DNA from: an uncultured bacterium
Lineage (GTDB): Bacteria > Margulisbacteria > Marinamargulisbacteria > SXXA01
DNA: 64,000 nucleotides
Direction of reading: 5' to 3'
NCBI GenBank assembly: GCA_903864835.1
Contig: CAIPHK010000010.1
Span: 2,145-66,144, forward strand
Positions within the stretch are counted from its first letter, which is position 1. Each line of letters begins with the position of its first letter. Positions 1-11,195 of this stretch are shown here, one piece after another. Below the pieces are notes generated by a model, which was not told the DNA's origin, searched no databases, and saw nothing but the letters and a program-made list of their open reading frames with translations. The translations under genes and the position numbers were made by a program.

Positions 1-656
1 TTCACGACCTTGATATGGGAGATCGCCGGCTTACCTTCGGGTAACACCACCATCCGGTTCCGAGTTTTGGGGTTCCGCATAATCGGTTGATCCACCACTA
101 ATTCCTCATTCAAGATATTTCCGCGAACCGCAGCATAATATCCTTTATCCACGGTACGCTCTTTAAATTGATCTTTGAGCGATTCCAAGGCGTCCAAGGT
201 CTTTGCGACCACCATCACGCCTTCAGTCATCTGATCCAACCGATGCACAATCCCCGGACGCCGACTCTCTAAATATGAAAAACTAGCCGGGTCACGCGCC
301 ACTAACCAATCGGTTAAAAATGGCCCCCGCTGCCCTTTATGCACTTCATGCACCGTCCATCCCACCGGTTTATTCACGACCAAGACCGCGTCATCCTCGT
401 AAAGAATCGTCGGGTCAGTCGACACCTCCAATGGCGCCACCCGATTCTCAGCAATCAGCCCCTCGCCGTGAACCACGTCATTCGCCTCCACCTTAAGCGC
501 AGGTTTAGCCGGCCGGCCATTAACCGTAATTTTCCCCGCTTTAATCCACCCAATTACTGCCGCACGGGGTACCCCCAAAAACTGGGTACAAACTACATCA
601 AGCCGACTCGGAGGATCAGTCCCGAGCTGCTCGTCGAAAGATAATATATTCGACAA
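1..656 (-). CDS. rluD: RluA/RluD-family 23S rRNA pseudouridine synthase (3' end cut by window edge; not in ORF track)
   Basis: Manual minus-strand translation: S4-like N-terminus (SRLDVV...GKITVNGRPAKP), ILYEDDAVLVVNKPVG, catalytic RPGIVHRLD, then PEGKPAISH. Probable TTG start at 656. Follows lspA, the usual synteny. Confidence 0.88.
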   Translation of the reverse strand, partial: MSNILSFDEQLGTDPPSRLDVVCTQFLGVPRAAVIGWIKAGKITVNGRPAKPALKVEANDVVHGEGLIAENRVAPLEVSTDPTILYEDDAVLVVNKPVGWTVHEVHKGQRGPFLTDWLVARDPASFSYLESRRPGIVHRLDQMTEGVMVVAKTLDALESLKDQFKERTVDKGYYAAVRGNILNEELVVDQPIMRNPKTRNRMVVLPEGKPAISHIKVV

Positions 657-1072
657 TAAAACACCCTATTCCGAGATTGATACACATATCCGCAACGTTA
701 AAAACGGGGATAATATGAATATTAATAAAATCGATCACAAACCCATGCACCACACGATCCATCAGATTTCCAATCGCACCACCCACCAAAATCACCACAC
801 CGACCATCGACCACCGACTCGTAATAATCATGTGACGAAACACCCAACATGCAATTAAAACCGCAATCGATACTCCAATGAGTGCAATCCGTTGATTCTG
901 AAAAATGCCATAAGCGGCACCATAATTATAGACCAGTTGAAAGTCTAGCACATTCGGAATCACACCGACTCCCGAATAAAATGACAAAAACCGAGACGCC
1001 AGCCATTTGGTCCATTGATCTACAAGAACGATCCCCCCCCCCCAAGATCCATAGTGGCCAGCTGCCCCTCAT
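616..1072 (-). CDS. lspA: Lipoprotein signal peptidase II, frameshifted in this sequence at an 11-nt G tract (1033-1043)
   Basis: Motifs NYGAAYG, GGAIGNLMDR, GFVIDF and PVFNVAD are in ORF 616-987. The N-terminal DQWTK motif lies upstream of 987. The ATG at 1072 (ATGA overlap with the upstream stop) is one base out of frame. Confidence 0.88.
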
Positions 1073-1506
1073 CGACCGCCGACGTGTTGTAAAAGATGAA
1101 TCGCGTGAATCACGAAACCGGCAGGCAACGCTTGCTTAATCGCAATCAATGCCACCAATACCATCAATAAAAATCCAATTGCAAAGCCAATGCCACGCAA
1201 AATACCAATCATAAAATTGGTGACCATCACCCGAGCGGGATTCGCAGCAAAAAGTGCCAGTTCATCAAATTGCGAATTCTGAAAAATCGACATCAACAAG
1301 GTGACACTCTCATTAAACTCTTCAATAATCGCCAGTTTTTTGTCCCATCGCTTATCCACTTCCAACTGTCGATTGTCATCCGCCTCGCGTCGATGAGTAT
1401 CCAATTCCTCTTTGGCTTTTAATGCCCCTTCAGAAATAACATGCCGTTTAGAGGTCAAATTTTCGATTGCAGACAATACGGACCGAGGATCATTTACGTT
1501 AGCCAT
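1069..1506 (-). CDS. Hypothetical membrane protein with a DUF5665-like C-terminus
   Basis: Start at ATG 1506, overlapping the pgk stop. Coiled-coil-like N-half; C-terminal NFMIGILRGIGFAIG transmembrane segment resembles DUF5665. Confidence 0.6.
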   Translation of the reverse strand: MANVNDPRSVLSAIENLTSKRHVISEGALKAKEELDTHRREADDNRQLEVDKRWDKKLAIIEEFNESVTLLMSIFQNSQFDELALFAANPARVMVTNFMIGILRGIGFAIGFLLMVLVALIAIKQALPAGFVIHAIHLLQHVGGR

Positions 1507-2698
1507 TATTGCGCTCCAATGCAGCAATTCCCGGCAAGGTTTTGCCTTCCAAAAATTCGAGTGCCGCCCCACCACCAGTAGAAATATGGGTCATGTCATC
1601 CGCCAATCCCGCCTTAACAATCGCGGCAGCAGAGTCACCCCCACCCACAATCGTTAATGCGTCACTTAGCGCCAAGGCCTTGGCCACCGCAAAGGTCCCT
1701 ATTGAAAATGCATCCATCTCAAATATCCCCAACGGACCGTTCCACAACACCGTCGCTGCACTATGAATCTCGGCTTCGATCAATGCAACCGTCTTGGGAC
1801 CCACATCCACGCCCATTTGATCATCAGAAAGATCCCCACCATCAACAATCACAGCCACTGCATCTGGTTTCAACTCAGTGACGACCACATGGTCCACCGG
1901 CAATACAACCTTCGTCGCGGATGATTTTGCGTCCGCCAAAAAAGCCAATGCCTCGCTTATTTTTTCAGGTTCCCACAGTGACTTTCCCACCGAATGACCT
2001 TGGGCTTTTAAGAAGGTATAGGTCATGGCCCCACCAATCACCATGACATCCACCTTACCCAGTAAGTGGCGCAAAATTCCCAATTTACCGGATACTTTTG
2101 ACCCTCCAATAATCGCCACAAACGGGCGCTTTGGTGACTTGATGGCCCCGTCTAAAAACTCAATTTCTTTTTCAATCAAGAACCCCGCGTAGGACGGCAA
2201 ATATTTTGTGACGCCGACAGTCGATGCATGTGCACGATGGGCAGTCCCAAATGCGTCCTGGACAAATAGGTCAGCGACCGACGCCAGTTGTTGCGAAAAG
2301 CCAGGGTCATTTTGAGTTTCCCCGGCGTGGAATCGGACATTTTCCAGAAGGATGACGTCGCCATTTACCATTTTTGAAACGGCTAATTCGACCAGGTCTC
2401 CCACTGACTCCGCAACAAACTGCACCGGACGCCCCAGCAATACCCCAAGCCGCTCCGCAATCGGTTGTAACGACAATTCCGGTGTCGGGCCTTTGGGTTG
2501 CCCCAAGTGGGAAATAATAACGACCTTGGCATGATTATCGATCAAATACTGAATCGTCGGCAATGACGCCTCAAGGCGAGAATCATCAGAGATCCTCCCA
2601 TTTTCTAAAGGAACGTTAAAATCAACACGTACCAATACCCGCTTGCCCTCAAGCTCAGCGGTGGTCATGTTCGATAAGGAATGAATCGTAAGAACCAT
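1499..2698 (-). CDS. pgk: Phosphoglycerate kinase
   Basis: RVLVRVDFNVP, SHLG, LLENVRF, DAFGTAHRAHAS, WNGPLG, GGGDS, HISTGGGA. Confidence 0.99.
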   Translation of the reverse strand: MVLTIHSLSNMTTAELEGKRVLVRVDFNVPLENGRISDDSRLEASLPTIQYLIDNHAKVVIISHLGQPKGPTPELSLQPIAERLGVLLGRPVQFVAESVGDLVELAVSKMVNGDVILLENVRFHAGETQNDPGFSQQLASVADLFVQDAFGTAHRAHASTVGVTKYLPSYAGFLIEKEIEFLDGAIKSPKRPFVAIIGGSKVSGKLGILRHLLGKVDVMVIGGAMTYTFLKAQGHSVGKSLWEPEKISEALAFLADAKSSATKVVLPVDHVVVTELKPDAVAVIVDGGDLSDDQMGVDVGPKTVALIEAEIHSAATVLWNGPLGIFEMDAFSIGTFAVAKALALSDALTIVGGGDSAAAIVKAGLADDMTHISTGGGAALEFLEGKTLPGIAALERNNG

Positions 2699-2702
2699 CG
2701 CG

Positions 2703-3734
<1,032 letters not shown>

Positions 3735-3743
3735 TTAAGTTGA

Positions 3744-3773
3744 ACTATACCAAACCGGCTTCTGTTGCCGCAA
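3744..3773 (-). promoter_or_regulatory. Putative sigma70 promoter of the gap-pgk operon
   Basis: Minus strand TTGCGG-18 nt-TATAGT with an extended TGn; GAAAGGA SD before gap. Confidence 0.55.
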
Positions 3774-3789
3774 TTCTGTCCACCAAGGC

Positions 3790-5640
3790 TCAGGGGTTCA
3801 CAATACCTGACGTCATCCAGTCGTATCGACCGGCAAGTAAGTTCGTACTCACGTTGCCAACCAACTTGCTGTCATTACAATTAACTGCCCGAAAATGGCT
3901 CCGAATTCGACGTTTTGCGCTTTGGCAAATCAAATCCACCACTTCCTGAGTTGCGGTGTCATTGGGGTTGTCCTTCAGTACAAATTCAGCGCGGGACAAA
4001 CTCGACGCCATCGCAAACAACTCGGTCCCGATATCGACATATTGGGCCAGAATCAATTGCTCTTTTTCCAATTTAATTTGGTATCGCGCCATCGTATGAA
4101 ACAAGCGCCGCGCCAATTTTTTAGCCGTCTTGTCGATATACGTTAAGTGACATCGATTGCGTCCATTGAGGTAAGTGACGCCGAACGATTTTGGCAACCG
4201 TACCCATTGTTTCGGATACCACCAGGAATAAAAGGATGCCATTTTGCCTAAAATACCCAACTTGACCGAAAATGACGCTTTCGGGTTCATCAACCCCATA
4301 ATAAATTTTAAGTGAACATCCATCGCTTCCCGAGCGATAAATAACTGCATAATTTCGGAGGTCCCCTCAATAATCCGATTAATCCGAAGGTCCCGCAGCA
4401 ACCGTTCCGCAGGGTAGGCATCTTCACCCCGATTTTTTAGAGACGTTGCCGTTTCAAATCCTCGGCCACCCCGAATTTGGACCAATTCATCTGCAACGAT
4501 CCAAGCGCGTTCGGACCCATAATATTTCGCCATCGCGGCTTCCAAACGGATATCTACTGCATCAGTGTCCGCGAGTGACGCCGCAAGCATCGCAACGCTA
4601 TCCATTGAAAACGTGTCCATCGTAATTTTAGCAAGCTTGGCCTGTACCGCTTGGTGCTCGCCCACTGGACAGCCCCACTGAACCCGACGGCTGGTCCAAT
4701 CCTTGGCAATCACCATGCTCAATTTTCCAGCAGCTGCCGAAATTGCGGGAATCGTCAGACGTCCCGCGTTGAGGGTCACCAACGCAATTTTTAGACCTTC
4801 GCCAGGCTTTCCGATGACATTTTCTACCGGCACTTTAACGTTCGTAAAACGAAGCCGCCCATTCGCAATTCCGCGAATCCCCATAAAACTACTGCGGCTG
4901 ATGACTTCGAATCCGGGGGACGTTTTTTCGACGATAATCGCCGTGATCTGCTTTTTTTCTTTGCCATTTACGATCACGGGAGGCGTCAAGACCATCACAA
5001 CGAGCAATTCGGCATCCGGACCATTCGTAATATACAGTTTTTCACCGTTAATAATGTAATGCTTCCCATCCGGCGTCAAAATGGCAGAGGTGGTCATTCG
5101 CGCCGGATCCGACCCTACTTCAGGTTCCGTCAGCGCAAACGCCGAAATCGCCCCTTTGGCCAAACGGGGTAAATATTTCTCTTTTTGCTCCTTGGTCCCA
5201 AAGAGTTTTAACGGTTGAGGAACCCCGATACTTTGGTGGGCAGAAAGCCACACGGCCGTCGATCCACAATAGCTGCCGACGAGCGCCATTGCCCGAGTAT
5301 AGTTGTATACCGACAGCCCCATGCCGCCGTATTCCTTGGCAATTTTCATCCCAAAAAACCCACCATCGATGAGCGCTTTTAACGCCACTTTTGGAACTTC
5401 GCCGTTGCGATCAACGGCCTCGGGATCAATATGTTTTTTTAGCACCGCTTCAAGGTCTTCCAACACCTTGTCGCCGATCGCTTTTTCCTCCGCTGATTGC
5501 GTCGGATACGGATGAATTAAATCCCACCGAAAATTACCCTTAAATAACTCGGCGACAAAACTTGCCCGCCATTCCGTTTGACGGGAATCTTCTGTTAAAT
5601 CAAGTGCCTGTTGTTTTTCTTTATTATCCGTAATTTGCAT
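3790..5640 (-). CDS. Acyl-CoA dehydrogenase, long VLCAD/ACAD9-like form
   Basis: SAHQSIG, AFALTEPEVGSD, INGEKLYITNG, LNAGR, QIRGGRG, RIIEGTSEI (catalytic Glu); ~170-aa C-terminal extension. Confidence 0.93.
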   Translation of the reverse strand: MQITDNKEKQQALDLTEDSRQTEWRASFVAELFKGNFRWDLIHPYPTQSAEEKAIGDKVLEDLEAVLKKHIDPEAVDRNGEVPKVALKALIDGGFFGMKIAKEYGGMGLSVYNYTRAMALVGSYCGSTAVWLSAHQSIGVPQPLKLFGTKEQKEKYLPRLAKGAISAFALTEPEVGSDPARMTTSAILTPDGKHYIINGEKLYITNGPDAELLVVMVLTPPVIVNGKEKKQITAIIVEKTSPGFEVISRSSFMGIRGIANGRLRFTNVKVPVENVIGKPGEGLKIALVTLNAGRLTIPAISAAAGKLSMVIAKDWTSRRVQWGCPVGEHQAVQAKLAKITMDTFSMDSVAMLAASLADTDAVDIRLEAAMAKYYGSERAWIVADELVQIRGGRGFETATSLKNRGEDAYPAERLLRDLRINRIIEGTSEIMQLFIAREAMDVHLKFIMGLMNPKASFSVKLGILGKMASFYSWWYPKQWVRLPKSFGVTYLNGRNRCHLTYIDKTAKKLARRLFHTMARYQIKLEKEQLILAQYVDIGTELFAMASSLSRAEFVLKDNPNDTATQEVVDLICQSAKRRIRSHFRAVNCNDSKLVGNVSTNLLAGRYDWMTSGIVNP

Positions 5641-5667
5641 GGGGACCCCTTGGTAATGAAATATAAA

Positions 5668-7800
5668 TTAACTATAAAACGTCGCGGACGCTTTGGCCAT
5701 TTGAACCAGGGCATCCGCCGGAACAAACCGAGTTCCCGTTGTCTTAGACAAGGTATCAAGACGTTCGACAATTTCAGAAATTCCCCGCTGATCGGCATAC
5801 CGACATAACCCTAAACGAAACGGAGGAAATCCAGCACCCATCACCATCGCAATGTCCAGGTACTCCGGTTTTTCGACTACCCCTTCGGAAATACACCGGG
5901 CGGCTTCGTTCACCATAATCAAAATCAAGCGATCCAAAATGTCCGATGAGGAAATCGATTGACCACTACCACGGTGGAGTAAGGCAGAAATCTCCGGATT
6001 GGGCGTCCTTCCAGACCCCACATGGGTATAAAATCCCTTGCCGGACTTTTTACCTTTTAAGTCATCGTTTTGATGGATTCGGTCAAAGCTAGGGGCAACT
6101 GCCATCCGTTCGCCAAACCCAGCCTCTAAAATTTTAGCCACTTTATATCCCACATCCAGCCCCACTTCATCCGCCAACGCTAACGGACCTAACGGCAGAC
6201 CAAAGCCTTCCATGATGCGATCAATATCTCCGATTTCAGCGCCATCTTCCAATAACCAAACGGCCTCATTGACGTAGGGAATCAAAATACGATTCACCAA
6301 AAACCCCGGACCGTTCTTTACAACAATGGGTGTCTTTTTTAGTGTTTTTGCCAGCTGCACGATGGTTGCAATTGTTTCTTGGGACGTTTTCTCGCCGGGA
6401 ATAACCTCGACCAACGGCATCCGATTCACCGGTGAAAAAAAATGCATCCCGACAAATCGTTCAGGATGCATCAACCCCGATGCCATTTCGGTCACCGACA
6501 GCGACGACGTGTTAGACGCAATTATCGCGTCCGCCCGAAGGTGGGCTTCCAGTTCCCCAAATACCTTCTTCTTGATTTCCATATTTTCAACCACCGCTTC
6601 GATCACCACATCAGTGGCCCCAAAACCTACATAGTCGGTGGTCGACGAAATGGCATTCAGCCCTAACTGCGCCTCACTTCGGGTCATTCTTCGGCTCTCT
6701 ACCAATTTTGTGTAAATCTTCGACGCTGATTGGTATGCCAAATTAATCGCATTCCAGTTTACGTCTTTAATTCGAACTGCAATTGCCTTCGAACTCAATA
6801 ACCACGCAATCCCGCCACCCATTAGACCCGCACCAATCACACCCGAATGTCGCACTGGTCGCGCCACGACACCCGCCGGGACGCCCGTATATTTTTTCAA
6901 CTCTTCTTGGATAAAAAACAATCCAATGAGGTTTTTCGAAATTGGGGTCCCCACCAATTCGGAAAATCGATGGGCTTCTTGATCCAGCCCGTCGGCCAGC
7001 GATAGCTTCAGCCCCTCAACCACCGACCGAATGGCCGCAAACGGCGCAGGATAATGGCCAAGGGTCTTGAGGGTCACTGCCCGCCTTGCGGTCGATGCAA
7101 CCATTGCCAACCCAAACGGAAGCGACTCCACCCATCGGCCTTTAACCTTCGATTTGCGAAGGGCAAAAATCCGTTGCCTGCCGTCATCTGACCCACATTC
7201 CTTACAAAACCGGGCCACCTCGGATCTAAAAAAAGCCGACGATACGCACCGGTCCGCCAGGCCCAATTTCTCCGCTTTGTAGCCATCCACCGATCCGCCC
7301 GAAATAATCATCGGCAACGCTGCCTGAATTCCAATTAACCGAGGCAACCGTTGGGTGCCCCCAAATCCAGGAATAATCCCCAAATTAACTTCCGGCAATC
7401 CCAACTGGGTTTTCGGACTATCAGAGACGATCCGAAAGGTACACGCCAACCCAAGCTCTAATCCACCACCCAGAGCTGCGCCGTCGATCGCAGCGACAGT
7501 GGGTACCGGAAACGCCGCCAACTGGTCAAAAATCGCTTGGCCCCCTCGGGCTTTGGCATATCCATCCTTGGGGGTACCAATGCTTTGAATTTCTGCAATA
7601 TCAGCCCCTGCGACAAAGACGTCGGACTTTGCGCTGACAATCACCAAGACCCGCAAGTCGCTAGCGGTTTTTGCCTGCGCAATCATGTCTGACAATTCAG
7701 ACAGCGCAGCAGAACTCAATTTATTAATCTTTTCCCCGGGACAATCGAATGTCAGCCATCCAATTCCCTGGTCAATCGACAGTGAAAAATAGTGTGCCAT
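5668..7800 (-). CDS. Fatty-acid oxidation multifunctional alpha subunit (enoyl-CoA hydratase/3-hydroxyacyl-CoA dehydrogenase), FadJ/FadB-like
   Basis: FVAGADI, GGGLELGL, LPEVNLGIIPGFGGTQRLPR, GAGLMGGGIA, ASNTSSL, GMHFFSP, PGFLVNR. Confidence 0.95.
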   Translation of the reverse strand: MAHYFSLSIDQGIGWLTFDCPGEKINKLSSAALSELSDMIAQAKTASDLRVLVIVSAKSDVFVAGADIAEIQSIGTPKDGYAKARGGQAIFDQLAAFPVPTVAAIDGAALGGGLELGLACTFRIVSDSPKTQLGLPEVNLGIIPGFGGTQRLPRLIGIQAALPMIISGGSVDGYKAEKLGLADRCVSSAFFRSEVARFCKECGSDDGRQRIFALRKSKVKGRWVESLPFGLAMVASTARRAVTLKTLGHYPAPFAAIRSVVEGLKLSLADGLDQEAHRFSELVGTPISKNLIGLFFIQEELKKYTGVPAGVVARPVRHSGVIGAGLMGGGIAWLLSSKAIAVRIKDVNWNAINLAYQSASKIYTKLVESRRMTRSEAQLGLNAISSTTDYVGFGATDVVIEAVVENMEIKKKVFGELEAHLRADAIIASNTSSLSVTEMASGLMHPERFVGMHFFSPVNRMPLVEVIPGEKTSQETIATIVQLAKTLKKTPIVVKNGPGFLVNRILIPYVNEAVWLLEDGAEIGDIDRIMEGFGLPLGPLALADEVGLDVGYKVAKILEAGFGERMAVAPSFDRIHQNDDLKGKKSGKGFYTHVGSGRTPNPEISALLHRGSGQSISSSDILDRLILIMVNEAARCISEGVVEKPEYLDIAMVMGAGFPPFRLGLCRYADQRGISEIVERLDTLSKTTGTRFVPADALVQMAKASATFYS

Positions 7801-7803
7801 TAG

Positions 7804-9093
7804 TTATTCAACTTCCACGATAACTGCCCCACCCTGACCGCCACCAATACATAACGACGCCAGTCCCCGTTGTTTCCCCCTCCGACGAAGCTCTTTCAAC
7901 ATGGTGATAATTAACCGTGTCCCGGAGGTTCCCACCGGATGTCCAAGAGCCACAGCCCCACCGTTTACATTGAGTTTTTCAGGATCAATTGCCCCCAATG
8001 CTGTGGTACGCCCCAACTTCTGAGTGGCAAATTCGGTGGATTCAAACGCGCGAAGATTAGCGATTACTTGGGCGGAAAAGGCTTCGTTGATCTCAAATAA
8101 ATCCATATCTGCCACGGTTAATCCGGTCTTTTCCAACACTCTTGCCGACGCATAAATCGGTCCGAGACCCATTCGTTCGGGTTCCAATCCAGCGTACCCA
8201 TACCCTCGAAGATATCCCATTGGGTTTAACCCCAACGCCTTTGCTTTCGACTCTTTCATGACAATTACAGCCGCTGCACCATCGGTCAGTGGACATGCAT
8301 TTCCAACCGTCACAGTTCCATTTTTTCTATCAAAATAGGGCTTCAATTTTTGAAGGGCTTCAATCGTTTGGTTTGCCCGGGGGCCATCATCCTGCGTAAT
8401 CACCGTTTTAAATTGCGGGGGCACCGGCAGCGGCACAATTTCTTCCGCAAACCGACCCGCTTGAATCGCCGCAAGGGCTTTTAAATGGGATTCCAAGGCG
8501 TATTGATCTTGAACTTGCCGTGATATTCCAAATTCCCGAGACAGTTTTTCGGCAGTCAGTCCCATAATGAGCCCGCAAATGGGATCTGTAAGTCCCTCAA
8601 CCACCCCCAATACCGGTGCCAAATGTTCTAACCGAAACGTCAACAACACTTTCAACTTTTGGCCGAAGGTTTTCGCACGCCCCAGTTCTTCAAAAAAACG
8701 AACCATCTGCTTGTTAAACATCAGCGGAATATTCGACATCGATTCGGTCCCGCCCGCTAAAATAATATCCGCTTCACCTGCCAAGATCTTGTTGGCCGCT
8801 GTGGTCACAGATTCCATTCCCGATGCGCAATTTCGATGGACGGTGTAGGCCGGAACGCGTTGGGGAACCCCCGCCCGAAGGCCGATCACCCGAGCAATGT
8901 TTGCCGCATTCGACGGTTGAGACACATTGCCAAAAATCACTTCATCGAGTTGGTCCCCCCCGATACCCGTCCGCGCAATGATTTCCCGCGCCACGACAGC
9001 CCCTAAATGGTCCGCCGAGACATCCCTCAGCTGCCCGCCAGCCTTACAAAACGGGGTCCTAATTCCATCGATAATTGCAATTCGTTCATTCAT
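7804..9093 (-). CDS. 3-ketoacyl-CoA thiolase, FadI/FadA-like
   Basis: RTPF, NCASG (catalytic Cys), GGTESMS, EINEAF, NGGAVALGHP, CIGGGQG. Confidence 0.95.
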   Translation of the reverse strand: MNERIAIIDGIRTPFCKAGGQLRDVSADHLGAVVAREIIARTGIGGDQLDEVIFGNVSQPSNAANIARVIGLRAGVPQRVPAYTVHRNCASGMESVTTAANKILAGEADIILAGGTESMSNIPLMFNKQMVRFFEELGRAKTFGQKLKVLLTFRLEHLAPVLGVVEGLTDPICGLIMGLTAEKLSREFGISRQVQDQYALESHLKALAAIQAGRFAEEIVPLPVPPQFKTVITQDDGPRANQTIEALQKLKPYFDRKNGTVTVGNACPLTDGAAAVIVMKESKAKALGLNPMGYLRGYGYAGLEPERMGLGPIYASARVLEKTGLTVADMDLFEINEAFSAQVIANLRAFESTEFATQKLGRTTALGAIDPEKLNVNGGAVALGHPVGTSGTRLIITMLKELRRRGKQRGLASLCIGGGQGGAVIVEVE

Positions 9094-9111
9094 TGTGCAA
9101 AAGCTCCTTAT

Positions 9112-10920
9112 TTATTTAGGGTCGCTGGACAAGTCCGTTGATCGATAAAGCCGGGTAATCAACTCACGATAATTGGCATTAATTAGCTTTCGCCGTGGCT
9201 TCAAGGAAGGCGTTAACTCCCCACTGTCAATCGTAAATTCATGAGTCAATAGTTCAAACTTTTTGATCTGCTCAAAATTCGCAAGACCGCGCATCTTCTT
9301 TTCAACAATTTTTTGAAACATCGCCAAAATTTTAGGATGATGCGCGATGTCCCCGTCGCTATAATGGCTCGCCATTTTTTTAATCCGACGAATCCGAGGA
9401 AAATCAGGAACAATGAGTGCAGTTAGATAGTTTCGGCCTTCGCCGCACACGATCGCTTGCGCGATCATCGGGTCAGATTTGAGGCGCATTTCGACCATTT
9501 GAGGCGCCACTTTTTTTCCATTTGAAAGGACAATCAGATCCTTCTTTCGGTCGACAATACTAATAAATCCGTCGCTATCAATTTCAGCGATGTCACCCGT
9601 ATGGAACCATCCGTCCGCGTCCAATACCTCCGCTGTTTTTTCGGGAAGATTCAAATACCCCCGCATCACGATCGGTCCCTTTACCTGGAGCTCGCCATCG
9701 TCCCCCAAACGGACCTCCTGACCCGGGAGAACCTTCCCTACGGTCCCCAATTTGTACTGATCCAACCGGTTACACGCAATCACTGGGGAGGTCTCTGTCA
9801 GGCCATACCCTTCGATAATCAGTAGCCCCAAATTTTCAAAAAAACGGCCAATATCCTTGGACAACGGCGCGCCACCCGATACAAAAAACCGAAGTCGTCC
9901 ACCGATCCGTTCTCTGACTTTACGCAGGACGAGTCGATCTGCAATCCAATATTGAATCTGCAATCCCCACGACACCGATCGGCCCCGATTTTCATGGCCC
10001 TTCCATTGAGCCACCCGAGTCGCCCATAGAAATAATTGCTTCTTAAATCCGCTTAATGAATCGTTGATCCGAGTCTGCATTTTCTCATAAAGCCTTGGCA
10101 CACTCACCACCACTGTGGGGCGAACTTCCAGCATATTTGCCGCAATGGTATCCATTGATTCCGCGTAATAGATACTGCCGCCGGCAGCGACTACCGAATA
10201 GTACCCGGTGGTCCGTTCAAATACATGGGACAGAGGAAGAAACGACAACACAACATCCGACTCCTGAACCGGTAACGCCAACAATATATCCCGGACATCC
10301 GCCAGAAAATTCCCATGGGTCAGCATGACCCCTTTGGGCTCACCAGTAGTTCCAGACGTATACACCACGCTGGCCAAATGGTCCGATGAAATACGGTCTA
10401 AATGCGATAGATAATCATCATACGCAGTTGACGTTGATTGCTTACCCAAGGTTTGGACATCGTCCATCGACATACACATTGGATCTGCATTTTTGAGGTG
10501 TCGATCAATGGTGACAATATGAGCTAATGCCGGGCACGTCGACGCGATAGTCAACACTTTATCCAAATGATCCTGATTTTCAACAATAACAATCTTTGCC
10601 GCAGAATCTTGTAAAACGTACGCAATTTCGGGCGCTGTCAGGGTTGAATAAATTGGAACATTGACCGCCCCAATCGACATAATACCCATGTCCGCATAGA
10701 CCCATTCTGGCCGATTTCCAGACACCAACGCAATAAAATCATTTTCCCCCACCGCCAATTGGGTCAGCCCCAAGGCAAACCATTTTACATTTTCAAACCA
10801 CTCTTGGTAGGTCACAGGGGTATACAAGCCTTGCCGTTTGACATAAAGCGCTTGCTTCATCGGCCGGCGATTCAAATTTTGAAGAAGAAGTTGAACCAGA
10901 TTTTTGGATTGGTCTACCAC
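9112..10920 (-). CDS. fadD: Long-chain fatty-acid--CoA ligase (AMP-dependent)
   Basis: YTSGTTGEPKG, SFLPLSHVFER, EGYGLTET, GWFHTGDI, DRKKD, GELTPSLK. Confidence 0.92.
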   Translation of the reverse strand: MVDQSKNLVQLLLQNLNRRPMKQALYVKRQGLYTPVTYQEWFENVKWFALGLTQLAVGENDFIALVSGNRPEWVYADMGIMSIGAVNVPIYSTLTAPEIAYVLQDSAAKIVIVENQDHLDKVLTIASTCPALAHIVTIDRHLKNADPMCMSMDDVQTLGKQSTSTAYDDYLSHLDRISSDHLASVVYTSGTTGEPKGVMLTHGNFLADVRDILLALPVQESDVVLSFLPLSHVFERTTGYYSVVAAGGSIYYAESMDTIAANMLEVRPTVVVSVPRLYEKMQTRINDSLSGFKKQLFLWATRVAQWKGHENRGRSVSWGLQIQYWIADRLVLRKVRERIGGRLRFFVSGGAPLSKDIGRFFENLGLLIIEGYGLTETSPVIACNRLDQYKLGTVGKVLPGQEVRLGDDGELQVKGPIVMRGYLNLPEKTAEVLDADGWFHTGDIAEIDSDGFISIVDRKKDLIVLSNGKKVAPQMVEMRLKSDPMIAQAIVCGEGRNYLTALIVPDFPRIRRIKKMASHYSDGDIAHHPKILAMFQKIVEKKMRGLANFEQIKKFELLTHEFTIDSGELTPSLKPRRKLINANYRELITRLYRSTDLSSDPK

Positions 10921-11195
10921 AAATCCACCTCGATTCCGCCGAATTTATCGGCATACCAGTTGTACAATCGACAACAAATAACTAAGGACACAAAAATTAA
11001 GAGGGGAGCAACGACGACCACGATCAATGAGGACATCAACACATTGGCAATGGCTGAGACGCCTCGGTCTAACCGCAAAATTCCGGCAACTCGCAAAATA
11101 GCTGCCGGAATCTCTATGATCACCGCAAATCCTAATCCGACAGCAGCCCCCGCCCTTGCTGCCGAATATGGATTAACAAACCGGAGACGGGTCAT
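10914..11195 (-). CDS. Small membrane protein, DUF3566-like
   Basis: Two hydrophobic segments; N-terminal RFVNPYS and C-terminal LYN..A..GGIEV pattern; overlaps both neighbours. Confidence 0.55.
   Translation of the reverse strand: MTRLRFVNPYSAARAGAAVGLGFAVIIEIPAAILRVAGILRLDRGVSAIANVLMSSLIVVVVAPLLIFVSLVICCRLYNWYADKFGGIEVDLW

Noticed and set aside
339-644. Plus-strand 101-aa ORF in the track
   Set aside because: It is the antisense shadow of the minus-strand RluD-family gene, which has clear motifs.
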